Source of the DNA: Hamiltosporidium tvaerminnensis FI-OER-3-3
Taxonomy: Eukaryota > Fungi > Microsporidia
Direction: 5' to 3'
Assembly: GCA_022605425.2 (NCBI GenBank)
Contig: JAKIMF020000013.1
Location: forward strand, 744,001-808,000
DNA: 64,000 nt
Part shown: positions 28,700 through 39,315 of the stretch, in pieces
Layout of the letters: each line of letters begins with the position of its first letter
Position numbering within the stretch: the first letter of the stretch is position 1
Notes under the pieces: model-generated
Database searches by the model: none
What the model saw: the letters and a program-made list of their open reading frames with translations, nothing else
What the model was told of the DNA's origin: nothing
Position numbers and translations under genes: made by a program

Positions 28700-29900
28700 G
28701 TTTTAACTCATGCTTTGGAGGACAAAACATTTTTTTTTACGGGTAAAAATTGTTATCAAAATGAAATGGATTGTGCCAAATATGGAATTAGAAGCTATAA
28801 AAATCTTCAACATTTTAGGAAATTTGCTATCTGAAATGAATCGCAATCCGAAAAGATGGTTTTTAAAACATGTAGGTAATATTTCATCGAAAATGATAAG
28901 ATATATACTACTGATGTTAACAGCGGTTTAAAGAAGTTTTAGCTAAGGGTTCTAATGAAGCGCAAGCCAATGTTGTTGCTTCTATCATCTTCCTGGCCAT
29001 CTTGGTATAAAGAATTGCACCAGAAAATCGTAAGAAAATCCTGCAGATTTAAGCGAGAGAGAAAGAACCATGTATCAAAATGAGCCAAGATTACCAGCAG
29101 CATCAATTTTTAAGTCAAATGATGTAATTAAGACGATAACATCTGATTTTCATGGGGAAAATTCAGATGAATCTTGTTATATGAGGAAACATTCAAAAGA
29201 CTCTGGCGCCTTTGGATGGGGCTTATACATTCTGGATGTACACACTAAGTTTTTATATGAGATATCATTGCAAACAAAGCAAGCAGCCGGTGTTATGTCT
29301 AGTATTATACAAACAGATAATAGAAATAAGTGCTGGAAGCGAACGAATAAAGCAAGCATGTGTTGATTACATCATTTCTTTTATCACCTTAGAAGCAAGA
29401 CACCCACAAAAACAAAACAAGTTGAGAGATGTAATCAAGACAATTATACTTAAGCTTGCTATAAATTTAAGAAGATTTAACCTTAAAAGATGGTTCGATT
29501 TATATTAGAAAATCATACTTGCTACAATCAAACCCGGTGCATGATAATAAACACGCACCAATGGAAGCAGTCAGATGCTAAATTGGAAAACGATGTTAAA
29601 TACGCAAAATCTGCAATTACTAATGAGTTTTATTGGCTCCGAATTGAAGAAATATATCGAAAATACAGATAAACATAGAAATGTCATTTGATGATGATCA
29701 AATGATATCGAACATAAAGTATCTAGTATAATCGATATTATTTTAACGATCTCACTTAAATATCGGAAGCAAATATGTAGATTGTATGAAAAATAGTGCA
29801 GATGTATACTAATTATTCTTAAAATCGAATTCTGGTATGCGGTACTACTAAAGAGAGATTTCGATAACAATCAAAGGATAAAAAAAACCAGAATGATTGA
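28700..29900 (+). pseudogene. Possible decayed hAT-like DDE transposase
   Basis: Fragments in hAT order: ITSD (~29136), HSGCTH*..LSFYMR..DII (CxxH-like, ~29228), CYNQTRC (TRW-like, ~29520), ITNEFYWLRIEE (D..FW-like, ~29616). Heavily broken. Confidence 0.4.
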
Positions 29901-30373
29901 CTTCTATTAAGAAAAGCTTTGCTAAAGTTATTGTTTAAGTAGAAAGTGATAGCGTTTTAATAGAATGTAACCGTACGCAGAAACATCTTTAAATAACTCG
30001 TATTACGAAGTATAACTCTTAGAGGTCATCTCATCTTGACAACAAAACGAATGATTGAAACTAATTTTCTTAAAATATACGGTTTATATCTTTTAGAGTA
30101 ATTTTTTGTAAATATTTTTTTTATTTTAACTTCTAAATGACTGTTTTTTTGTTTTTTTACTTAGTTATATTTCTTCAAATAAAAAACAAATATTAAAATA
30201 AGAAAAATTTTCACCGATAAAAAAATGGCTCAAATAAGAAATTAGACGAATAAATATGTTTTCTAATAATAAACTGACATAATATAATATTTTTAGCGCT
30301 TTCTGTGAAAGTGTTTTTGTTGTTGTGGAATGGATTCAACCATAAATAAACGGAATTATAAAAATTTTATATT

Positions 30374-30386
30374 ATTTATTTATCCT
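30374..30386 (+). repeat. Left target-site duplication ATTTATTTATCCT of the full-length retrotransposon
   Basis: Identical 13-mer at 34193-34205. Confidence 0.9.
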
Positions 30387-33300
30387 ATATATGGGTAGAA
30401 AGAAAAATGTTAGCAGCGAAATATCGAATAATACCAAAATAAAGGCTGCAAACGACGCTGATGAGGTGAAAAAGAGTGATAGTGAGATACAAAAATGTAA
30501 GCTACACCCACCGGCGATTCCCCTACCTTCCTCCTCCTACACAACAATAACACCTCCACCACCAAGCCAAACATGCAGTAAAATGCAAAATAGTGGGCTT
30601 GACACCTTACCTTCGCCTAATGCACCAGTTCCCTCTTCGGTTGAAGTCTCTGCGTGCGAGCCATCGTACGACATGACAAGCCCCTGTACTCTAGCTATTC
30701 CAGAAGGTAACAGGCTAATGGCATTGCGGACGATATTCGATTCCGTAACAGCCGACCCGAAGGAATGGCCTCGAATTGTTTTTTTTGCAGTACAGACAAG
30801 GTTTGAAAGAATGCCAAGAAATGGCTGGACAGAGCTTCACAGGTACTATAATGAGAAATTCGGCTGCACTGAAACTCTCGAAGTGTTAAAAAAATTGGCA
30901 CAAAGTGAGATGGGAAAGGATGTAAAATCAGAAGAGAATGGAGAGCGACGTAGAATCGCCACTTGTCTCGCTGATACATGCACCTTGACCGACACCACGG
31001 AGTACATAAACCTGAGAGATAAATTCTTGAGTAAAATCAAAGAAATCTCTGAGAACGAAATTGGAAAAGTGGTGGTCCGAACTAGAAAACATCCAAATGA
31101 ATTGGTTGATAGTAAAGTTCTGGATCTCATTAATCGAGTAGTCGGTGAATATGCAGGAGCTCATGTACCTGAGTCAATTACGGAAGCCGCGTATATCATG
31201 CAAGCTGCGCAGGTATGCTATGACGAGGCAACACGCAAAGAAAAGCCTAGATCCGCTTGGAAGGAAAACATAGAAAGTAAAATTTCTAAGTTAGTACTTT
31301 CCAAAGATCTTCTCGAGAAGGCGCGTAAGCAGGAAAAGCTCTCCACTTCGGAAACGAAGAGCCTTAAGAAAATCATGCGAGAGTTTAATTTAAACTTGAG
31401 CAGCGTAACTGATCTTTCTGAGGCTTTAGTTAAGAAGAATGAGTCTTTGAATGTTTACGAGAAAAAAATTACGATGCATGAAAGTAGGAAGCAATTCCGA
31501 AAAGAGAATCGTATGTTTGAGCTTTTCCGAGGTCGATTTTATCGTGGGTTATCTGAGCGTGTAGAAATTGAGCATGTGGTTAGCCGTGATGAAATTGTGA
31601 GTTTTTGGTCTACAATGTGGAACAAAAATGATGACACAGTCACGTACGATGATTATTTGATTCCATTTGTATCAGATAATCATCCGACCACGTTTCCTTC
31701 ACTTGATGAATTTGTAAATATCATTAATTGGCTTCCCAATTGGAAAGCTGCTGGAATTGATGGTATTTACAATTTTTTCATTAAGAAACTTACAACTCTT
31801 CACAAATATCTTTATGATATTGTGAAAGTTATATGTTTAGAAGGAACACCTCAAGCTGATTGGTTTTACTGCGGGCTTACGTATTTGATACCGAAAGGAA
31901 TTCCACGAAGAGGCTCTGACTACAGGCCAATCACTTGTATGTCCAACCTCTACAAGTTAACGACAAAGTGTGTAACAAAGGTCGTTCAACTTGAAGTGGA
32001 AAGGCGAGGGTTGCTTGCAGAGAACCAATTAGGGGCGGTAAGAGGTGTGCAGGGAGCGAAAGAGCAGGCTCTACTGAATATTGCCTTAAATAAAGAGTAT
32101 GGAAATAATCTTAAGGCAACATGGATTGATGTTAAAAAAGCTTATGATTCAATAGATCATGCTTATTTAACTCAATGCATTGAAAACCTTAATTTACCTG
32201 ATTGGATCCTGAAATTTATTAAGGTAATTATATCAAAATGGAAAATTGATATATCAGTAGGGCCTGAAAAAATCATGAGCAAGAAGATTGATAGAGGGAT
32301 TCTACAAGGAGATAGTCTGTCACCTTTGTTATTTGTGTTGTGTATGGATCCATTAAGCCGAAAGCTTAATGAAAAATACACAAAAGTGACAGTACAAACA
32401 GATGCAGAATCCCATTCTACTAATCATCTCTTGTTTATTGATGATCTTAAGCTCCTTGCAAAAGACAGCTCCACATTGAGTGCTATGACAGGCGAGGCAA
32501 AGGAATTTTTAGAGGTGATTGGCTTAGAGATTAACAAAGAGAAGTCAGCCACAAATGATACGTGTTGTGAAGATACTGCTACTCTTCTAGAAGGTGTTAG
32601 TGTTTACAAATATTTAGGAATAATAGAAGACAGCAGAGGAATCCCAACACGTAGCTCATTTGAAGAAGTACAGAGCAAACTTATATCAAGAGTTGAAAGA
32701 CTTTGTCACACTAGATTAAATGCAAAAAATTTATTTTCTGCAATCAATCAACATGCGATATCGTTAATCAACTACCACATAGGAGTACTTCGACTTGAAC
32801 CGGCTGACTTCTCTAAGTTAGATGATGCAGTGCGTGCGGTGTTGGTTAAAAATAAGATACATCTCCGCCCAGGATGTAAAGAGCGGTTGTATCTTCCTAG
32901 AACAGAACTTGGAAGAGGCCTACATAGTGTTGAGTTGAGAAGCGAACATATGCTTCTGCAACTCTTGGATTGTCTGGAAAAAAGTAAAGAAATATCAACT
33001 AGACGAGCAGCAATCCTCAAGGTGGAGAATAATAATAAAACCCATCTTGCACTAATAAAAGGCTTCTTAAAAGTAAAGTACAGGTTGGTAGAAGAAGTCA
33101 CTAAGAAAAGTTTAGAAGAAGCTCAACTTGCAAAACTATATAACGAAATAGAAAAACGAAAACTCCATTCAAAGTTATATAATGCAAGAAAAAATGAGCT
33201 TGTGAGTGTTAGTGACTCTTCAAGGTGGCTAAAGAGAGGAAATATTAGGCCACGAAATGAAGCTGTGTTCTGCTATATCCAGGATAGAAATGTATTCTGG

Positions 33301-34192
33301 GGAGCAGATGGTGTGTGTCAACATTGCGGGAAGTCTGGTAAGACTGTGGATCATCTAGCAACTAGATGCGAAAAAATGCTAGGCCATGATTACACTAGAC
33401 GGCATAATGAAGTGGTCAGATGCCTACACCTTCTTCTTCTAAATAGATATAAGTTTAAGTCTTCAAAACGAATAAGGAGCCACTCAGTTCAAGAAATTCT
33501 TGATAATGAGTATGCAGAGATAAGAGTGGACACCAGAATTAAAACTGATGTTAAAATTCGGAATAACAGACCGGACATATTTATTTTAGATAAGAAGAAG
33601 AATAAGATAACACTCATTGAAGTAGGAATCACTTCCCAAGATTCACTTCAAATAGTTGAAACTGAAAAACTTAGGAAGTATGACCTGCTAGCCAATGAGT
33701 TGGGTCTTATTTATAAGTGTAGTGTTGAGATAATCCCTTATGTGATGACCTGGGACGGTATTGTGACAAAATACCATAAATCTCATCTTAAAAGACTAGA
33801 AATACCCATGAATGTAGAGGCATACATTCAGTCTATAGTACTTAAGAAAACAGTCGAAACAATTTCCTTTGATCGACGAAGAGGACTTGAGTCAGGACTA
33901 AATGCCGAAGAGAGCTGGGAGAGAGCGTCAATGGGTGTTATTATGAGATCAGAGATGCATGAGGAACCAATACCCCCTTTAAAAGAAGCGAAAAGAGAGG
34001 AAGATGGTGTTAAAATTTTAAAACCAAAAAATAATACACCCCTTATTTCACAAGGAGGAACCACTCTGGAGGAACCGACCAATAACATAAATGAAGAGTC
34101 GGATTTGGAAGAAGAAACAATAGTGGTTAAAGAGGTAGAAGAAAACATATAAAAATGTTAAAAATATTTTAACCCAGAATTTTATTAAATAA
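30387..34192 (+). mobile_element. Full-length RLE-type (R4/Dong-like) non-LTR retrotransposon
   Basis: Bounded by a perfect 13-bp TSD; single ORF; 3' end shared with the other copies in the window. Confidence 0.93.
30391..34152 (+). CDS. Retrotransposon protein: reverse transcriptase + CCHC zinc knuckle + PD-(D/E)xK restriction-like endonuclease (1253 aa)
   Basis: RT motifs KAAGIDGI, DYRPITC, WIDVKKAYDS, GILQGDSLSPLLF, LFIDDLKL, YKYLG; CQHC...DHLATRC; RRHN; RPDI...IEVGIT...EKLRKY. Pro/Ser-rich N-terminus and acidic C-terminal tail. Confidence 0.96.
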   Translation: MGRKKNVSSEISNNTKIKAANDADEVKKSDSEIQKCKLHPPAIPLPSSSYTTITPPPPSQTCSKMQNSGLDTLPSPNAPVPSSVEVSACEPSYDMTSPCTLAIPEGNRLMALRTIFDSVTADPKEWPRIVFFAVQTRFERMPRNGWTELHRYYNEKFGCTETLEVLKKLAQSEMGKDVKSEENGERRRIATCLADTCTLTDTTEYINLRDKFLSKIKEISENEIGKVVVRTRKHPNELVDSKVLDLINRVVGEYAGAHVPESITEAAYIMQAAQVCYDEATRKEKPRSAWKENIESKISKLVLSKDLLEKARKQEKLSTSETKSLKKIMREFNLNLSSVTDLSEALVKKNESLNVYEKKITMHESRKQFRKENRMFELFRGRFYRGLSERVEIEHVVSRDEIVSFWSTMWNKNDDTVTYDDYLIPFVSDNHPTTFPSLDEFVNIINWLPNWKAAGIDGIYNFFIKKLTTLHKYLYDIVKVICLEGTPQADWFYCGLTYLIPKGIPRRGSDYRPITCMSNLYKLTTKCVTKVVQLEVERRGLLAENQLGAVRGVQGAKEQALLNIALNKEYGNNLKATWIDVKKAYDSIDHAYLTQCIENLNLPDWILKFIKVIISKWKIDISVGPEKIMSKKIDRGILQGDSLSPLLFVLCMDPLSRKLNEKYTKVTVQTDAESHSTNHLLFIDDLKLLAKDSSTLSAMTGEAKEFLEVIGLEINKEKSATNDTCCEDTATLLEGVSVYKYLGIIEDSRGIPTRSSFEEVQSKLISRVERLCHTRLNAKNLFSAINQHAISLINYHIGVLRLEPADFSKLDDAVRAVLVKNKIHLRPGCKERLYLPRTELGRGLHSVELRSEHMLLQLLDCLEKSKEISTRRAAILKVENNNKTHLALIKGFLKVKYRLVEEVTKKSLEEAQLAKLYNEIEKRKLHSKLYNARKNELVSVSDSSRWLKRGNIRPRNEAVFCYIQDRNVFWGADGVCQHCGKSGKTVDHLATRCEKMLGHDYTRRHNEVVRCLHLLLLNRYKFKSSKRIRSHSVQEILDNEYAEIRVDTRIKTDVKIRNNRPDIFILDKKKNKITLIEVGITSQDSLQIVETEKLRKYDLLANELGLIYKCSVEIIPYVMTWDGIVTKYHKSHLKRLEIPMNVEAYIQSIVLKKTVETISFDRRRGLESGLNAEESWERASMGVIMRSEMHEEPIPPLKEAKREEDGVKILKPKNNTPLISQGGTTLEEPTNNINEESDLEEETIVVKEVEENI

Positions 34193-34205
34193 ATTTATTT
34201 ATCCT
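34193..34205 (+). repeat. Right target-site duplication ATTTATTTATCCT
   Basis: Identical to 30374-30386. Confidence 0.9.
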
Positions 34206-34218
34206 CAATGAAAATAAA

Positions 34219-36790
34219 ATGGCAGTTCAATACATTTTCTTAATAGTTTATCATATATTTGCAACATTGAATAGAACCGATTCGATTATAAGTAATGAAA
34301 CGGACGAAAAGAATTGTCAATCGAACGGAGAAATCATTTCTTCTATGATACCATTTATAATATTAAACGATGCATCTAAGATAGCAGATAAGCCCAATAT
34401 GAATTTAAATTATGATCAGATAGATAGTTTAGCGTCACCAGCAAGTAGTTCTCTTTACTATTCGCAAATAAATCATCAAACTTCCTCTGTTCATTCGAGC
34501 CATTCTATTCATAATGAATTCGATGGTTTTATAGAGCTAGCTAATAAAAATCAAAACGCAGAAGCCAATGTCACAGAAGCCGATTCTATATTATATCACC
34601 CGGAATTTTTTATTCCGGATTCCACGCATTTAGATGAAGATATTTTAAGAGATGTGTTGCCGGTAACAGATTCTGCTCCTTATTCTAATATTATTGGAGC
34701 TATCCCACAGTTAGGGGAAGGAAATGAAGATATTTTAAGAGATGTGTTGCCGGTAACGGATTCTGCTCCTTATTCTAATATTATTGGAGCTATCCCACAG
34801 TCAGAGGAAAGAAATGAAGCTATTTTAAGAGATGCTTTGCCGGTAACGGATTCTGCTACTCATCCCAAAATTATTGGAGTCATCCCACAGTCAGAGGAAA
34901 GAAATGAAGATATTTTAAGAGATGTGTTGCCCGTAACTGATTCTGCTACTCATCCCAAAATTATTGGAGTCATCCCACAGTCAGAGGAAAGAAATGAAGA
35001 TATTTTAAGAGATGTGTTGCCCGTAACTGATTCTGCAACTAATTTTAATTTCATTGGAATTTTATTGCATTTAAATGAAAAAAAATGGAAGCGTTTTAAA
35101 CAAAACGTTGCTATTTACAGATTCTTCTCAATATCCCAGAGTTATTGTTAGTTTACCACCGTTAGTGGATATAAATGAAGAAATAGCAGTAAAAACAGTT
35201 AGAACGATGGAAACACATTCTAATACTTCATCTATTTTTGTTCAGGACGATATTTCTTTCACACCAAATCATTCCCAAAACGATTCTACTAGATTACGAT
35301 TAAAAAGAAAATGGCAAACATCAGAAGAAGTAGATGAACATATGGAGTTCAAACATTTGTCTGCTATTAAATTGGCGCATATAATCGTAGAAACCGGGAT
35401 AGGTGAAGCAATTCCTTGCGATAATTTAACCAATAAAAAAAATCCAGTCGATATCTTTTACTCGAAAATATATAAATATGCTAATTCAGCTGAAATAAAG
35501 TGTTCAAATTATATTTTTTTTATAGCTAAGAGTAAAGAATTATATTCTGAAATATATTTTGGATTTCAAACGATATTTCCCGAAGACAATACTGTTCGTG
35601 AAAACAATGAGAATTCTATAACACGAGGAAACTATGAAGAAATAATTTCCAAAGAAATTGAAGAATTTGGCTTTGGAGCAATCTCAACAGATAAAAAGGT
35701 CAATGAAGTTTTTATCTTCGCCATAAATCTTAAAAATTTTGAAGAAACTTACTTGTCAAATCTTAGATCAGACGAAATATCAAACGTTACTAAAAAAATA
35801 GCTGAAACAATGAGCATAATTCAAAAGCATAAGAATTTAGGAATATTCTATGAACTTATAAAATTTCTTATTTATTATCAAGGAAATATACCTAATTATA
35901 TTGAAAAAGATTGTAATTTATATTTCTATTTTATTTTGTCTGTAATTTCTAAACAGTTACGATATTTTGATGGTTTTCAATCGTTGAAATATAAAAAGTG
36001 TTTATTCTCTCGGGAAAAATGTGGAAATGATACTAGGGATTTATATTTAAAGAAATTCTATGTACAAAAATTATTTTCAAAATTATTACTCGGAATTAAA
36101 AACGGCACGATGAGAGCTAAATTTTATAATATTTATATAAGTCATATCTTAACTTCCAAAACACATCATAATCATAGACTTTTTAATCAAAACAGAACAT
36201 TTAATTTCTATCTGCGAATTTTTATTTCAATTGTTTTATGTTGTGAATTTGAACCAGATAATTCTATGTTGAAGAATTGGGTGAAATTATCTTTAGATAT
36301 TTTTACTGGAAAAAAGGCACTGAAAAATTTTTTTAATGATAAATTAAAATTGTTAATAGTTGGTGGAAATATATAAGTTTCTTTATTAAAAACCAATTTA
36401 TTACTAATTGATGAAAATTACGTCAATAAATGTAGAATTCGGTTCATAAAGGAAACCTTTTATATATTAAAAACCAAATATAGCATATCCTTGGGCGATA
36501 TATTTATGTCTGAAATATGTTTAAGTTGGTTCCTATCTAGAATATACAAAGATAAGAATTTTGAACAAGAAACGGTGGATAGCGATTGGAGTAAAATTTA
36601 CAACTCAATAACTAACCAAACACGCAAAGCTACAGCCTTAAAAGAGCTCGGTCTTCTTCAAATTTACAACTCAATTCTTTTTCAAATTTTATGTAAGAAT
36701 TTAGCCTCGAACAATTTCAAAAATAAAACTGGCAAAATATTCATCTATAAAGAGTATAAAGGATTTGGTATGTTTAATCACAGGAAATAA
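34219..36790 (+). pseudogene. Secreted-protein family member 3 with internal 30-aa repeats; one frameshift (A8 at 35078-35085) and one in-frame TAA (36374-36376)
   Basis: Signal-peptide-like MAVQYIFLIVYHIFA. ORFs 34219-35151, 35075-36376 and 36491-36790 join into one protein homologous to 21061-22644; reading through TAA 36374 gives VSLLKTNLLLI...YSISLGDIFMSEICLSWFL, matching SSLIKRNMKLI...YSVSFNDIFVSEMNLSWYL. Confidence 0.8.
34634..35160 (+). repeat. Coding tandem repeat, 90-bp unit (EDILRDVLPVTDSA...IIGxIPQSEERN)
   Basis: Units start at 34634, 34724, 34814, 34904 and 34994; a degenerate sixth unit (GSVLNKTLLFTDSSQYPRVI) follows the frameshift. Confidence 0.92.
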
Positions 36791-37329
36791 AATACATTTT
36801 GTTGAGAAATGTCGTAAGCTATACGAACCTCTTTTAATTTACAGGAAAATTTTAAAATGTAGAACACTATCATAAAAAGTAATAAGAATATAAACAATTA
36901 AAATGTCGGATTATATTAATTAAAATATATTTTTTCTTCTTGCATTAATTTTCCCCGTTCTACTTTCTCCTAATAGAATTTCATAGGAAAAAAAAATTTT
37001 ATTCCTGCCGAACGACCCCACTTAAATTATATGGAAAAAGACTTTCATTTCAGATTTGCTCAAACCACCCATTTAATTGTATGGCAGAAGACACTCTTTT
37101 ACAAGTACTGCCAAAAGACATATTCCTTTACGGTATGCCAAAAGAGATCCCTCCTAAAATTACTCAAAAGTTTAATGATAAAAAATTGTTTTTACTTCAA
37201 AAGTTAAGAAAGTATTTATAGTGAAATATAAGAAATCATCTAATGTAAAGCCATTTAAGATATTTTTAATGTTTTTAAATTTATTTAAGTTTCAAACTTC
37301 ATGCTGAAAGTATTAGAAATAAATCGCTT

Positions 37330-38200
37330 TTTGAAAAGAGCAAAAAATATCATATATCTCTTCTAAGGATTATCTAAAAAACTTTATGAATAAACAGAGA
37401 AGAGCTTTAAGAAAAAGGCTAGTTTTATTGTTATGATCAAAGAGTTTCTTTGTTCTAAAAATTCCAAAGAGACTTTAAAGAGTGTTTTTTTTTAATTTAT
37501 AACTGAAATGATTCAAATGATTCTCAACGAGGAGCATGTTTCGGGTCATCCTGCAATGAATAAAATGGTGAATATTGTTCATAAAAAATATTGTGGTATT
37601 CTATTACGAATAATCTAGGCCTTGCGAGAAAATGTGAAGCCTTTTCGTGATATAATATTCTATATACTTTTTAAGACATCTGAGTTAATGCAATAACCGC
37701 GAAATTTGATCGATATATTATAGATTGCGTAGATTTGAGGCGGCATTTGGAACATAATGATAAGCATTCTTGGATTTGAAACGTCATAGACAGATATAGA
37801 AATTTTTTTAGGTATTAAACTGCTTGAAAAGAGGGCCCAATCGATTAAAAAATCGTTTAAATATATATATGAATTTCGGTTGTCTATATATTCAAGCAGA
37901 TAATGGCAAAGAATTTTCAAGCCAACTGTTAAACGAATTTTACAAAGAGTCTAAATATAAGAATGATACAAGGAAGACCTAGAAATCCACCGGCTCAATG
38001 TCAAATAGAAAAAGCTGAACAAACCTCAAAAAGATGGCTATCGAAAACTCTTTCGGCAAATTGAAGCAAAGATGGATTGATATCTTAGAGTCAAAAGCAC
38101 ATATATATAATACTACTGTCCACAGAGCAAGAAAACTTTTCTATTTATCCTGTTTCCTAGTCAAAGTGGATATAATACTCAAATTGAAGATCATGAAGCG
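37330..38200 (+). pseudogene. Decayed retroviral-type (rve) DDE integrase, Ginger/KRBA2-SCAND3-like
   Basis: By hand: EEHVSGHPAMNKM (~37529, zinc-binding H..H), SWI*NVIDRY (~37766, first D), IQADNGKEF (37890-37916, second D), GRPRNPPAQCQIEKAEQT (~37972, E). Confidence 0.8.
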
Positions 38201-39315
38201 CTAAGAGAAATGAATATAATGCTTGAACATTTGAAGAAAATATAGAAGTTGATTATTATCATGATTTACATGATCGTAAATGATTCATTCTTCTTCTTAT
38301 AGCGAAGCAATGATTGAGCACGGCAACTCAAATGCAATTGAAGGAACTTTAAATATAAGTGACTATTTTTTATGGCAAAAAAGATTTCGCTAAGAATCTA
38401 ACTAACCGAAAAAATACTTTTGAATGATATTTGTCGAGAAAAATATATATTAGTAGATAGCCTAATAAACAATATGATAAAAATTCTAAATGAAGTCTTG
38501 CGATTTGCAAAAAGTATTTAACAACAGATTGGAGAAGATTATACAAAAAAACATCATATGTTATTATGTTTACCGATTTCTTCATAATCCTCTCTTTAAA
38601 ATTAAATATTTTAAGATGAAATCGTACAAATAGGCATTTATACAAGCCAAATTTTGTCAAAACCTTGTTGTTCGTTTTCTTAAAGTGTATTTTAGTAGCC
38701 GGGTTTATTGTTGTCAAATATTTATTTGAATATAGAATAAGTGTTATAAAAAGAGGAATGGTAGAAAAACCAAAATTTACGAACAAAGGAAATGGATTTA
38801 AAAATAAATTTAAATTAAATATTCATTTATTTTTCTTCATTTTTTCCTTGCTTTTTCTTTAAATTTTTTTTAAATCAATTTTCCAACTTGATTTTGTTGT
38901 TATTATATCAAGATTTTATATCTTTTTTGCAAAACGATCGGTTTACCGCCAAAAAAAGTATAAATATCAATATCTTTCCGACCCCATAGATTTTCAGACG
39001 AGAAGTTTTGCGGATTTGACCTTGAAAATAAAAGAATTTAATTGAGGAACGTAAGGAGGGGGTGTTATTTTTTATATGAAAGCCCTTCACAGGATATTTC
39101 TGTCATTGGAAGTATTACAGGTAGTATGGCGGGGGAGTTGGGGTGCATAGCATGCCTCAAGAAATTTATATTTTTAATATATGTTAATTTATTTATAGAG
39201 GAAAATATTTTTTACTTTGAAAATATTAGGGAAGAAATTTAAAATCACACTCTGAACAAATCAAGACGAATTCTTTCCATAATAATATTCATTTTTACGT
39301 ACATAATTATAATAC

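Noticed and set aside
30695-34148. Antisense ORFs within the retrotransposon (and their mirrors at 51046-51306 and 61124-63100)
   Set aside because: Shadow ORFs of a GC-richer coding strand; they recur only because the element is repeated.
34634-35080. CRISPR-like regular array
   Set aside because: Contiguous in-frame coding repeats with no unique spacers, no cas genes, and a eukaryotic context.
36374-36376. Stop-codon reassignment or readthrough to explain the in-frame TAA
   Set aside because: TAA terminates MBF1 and the retrotransposon ORF, and the long intact ORFs contain no internal stops; a nonsense mutation is simpler.
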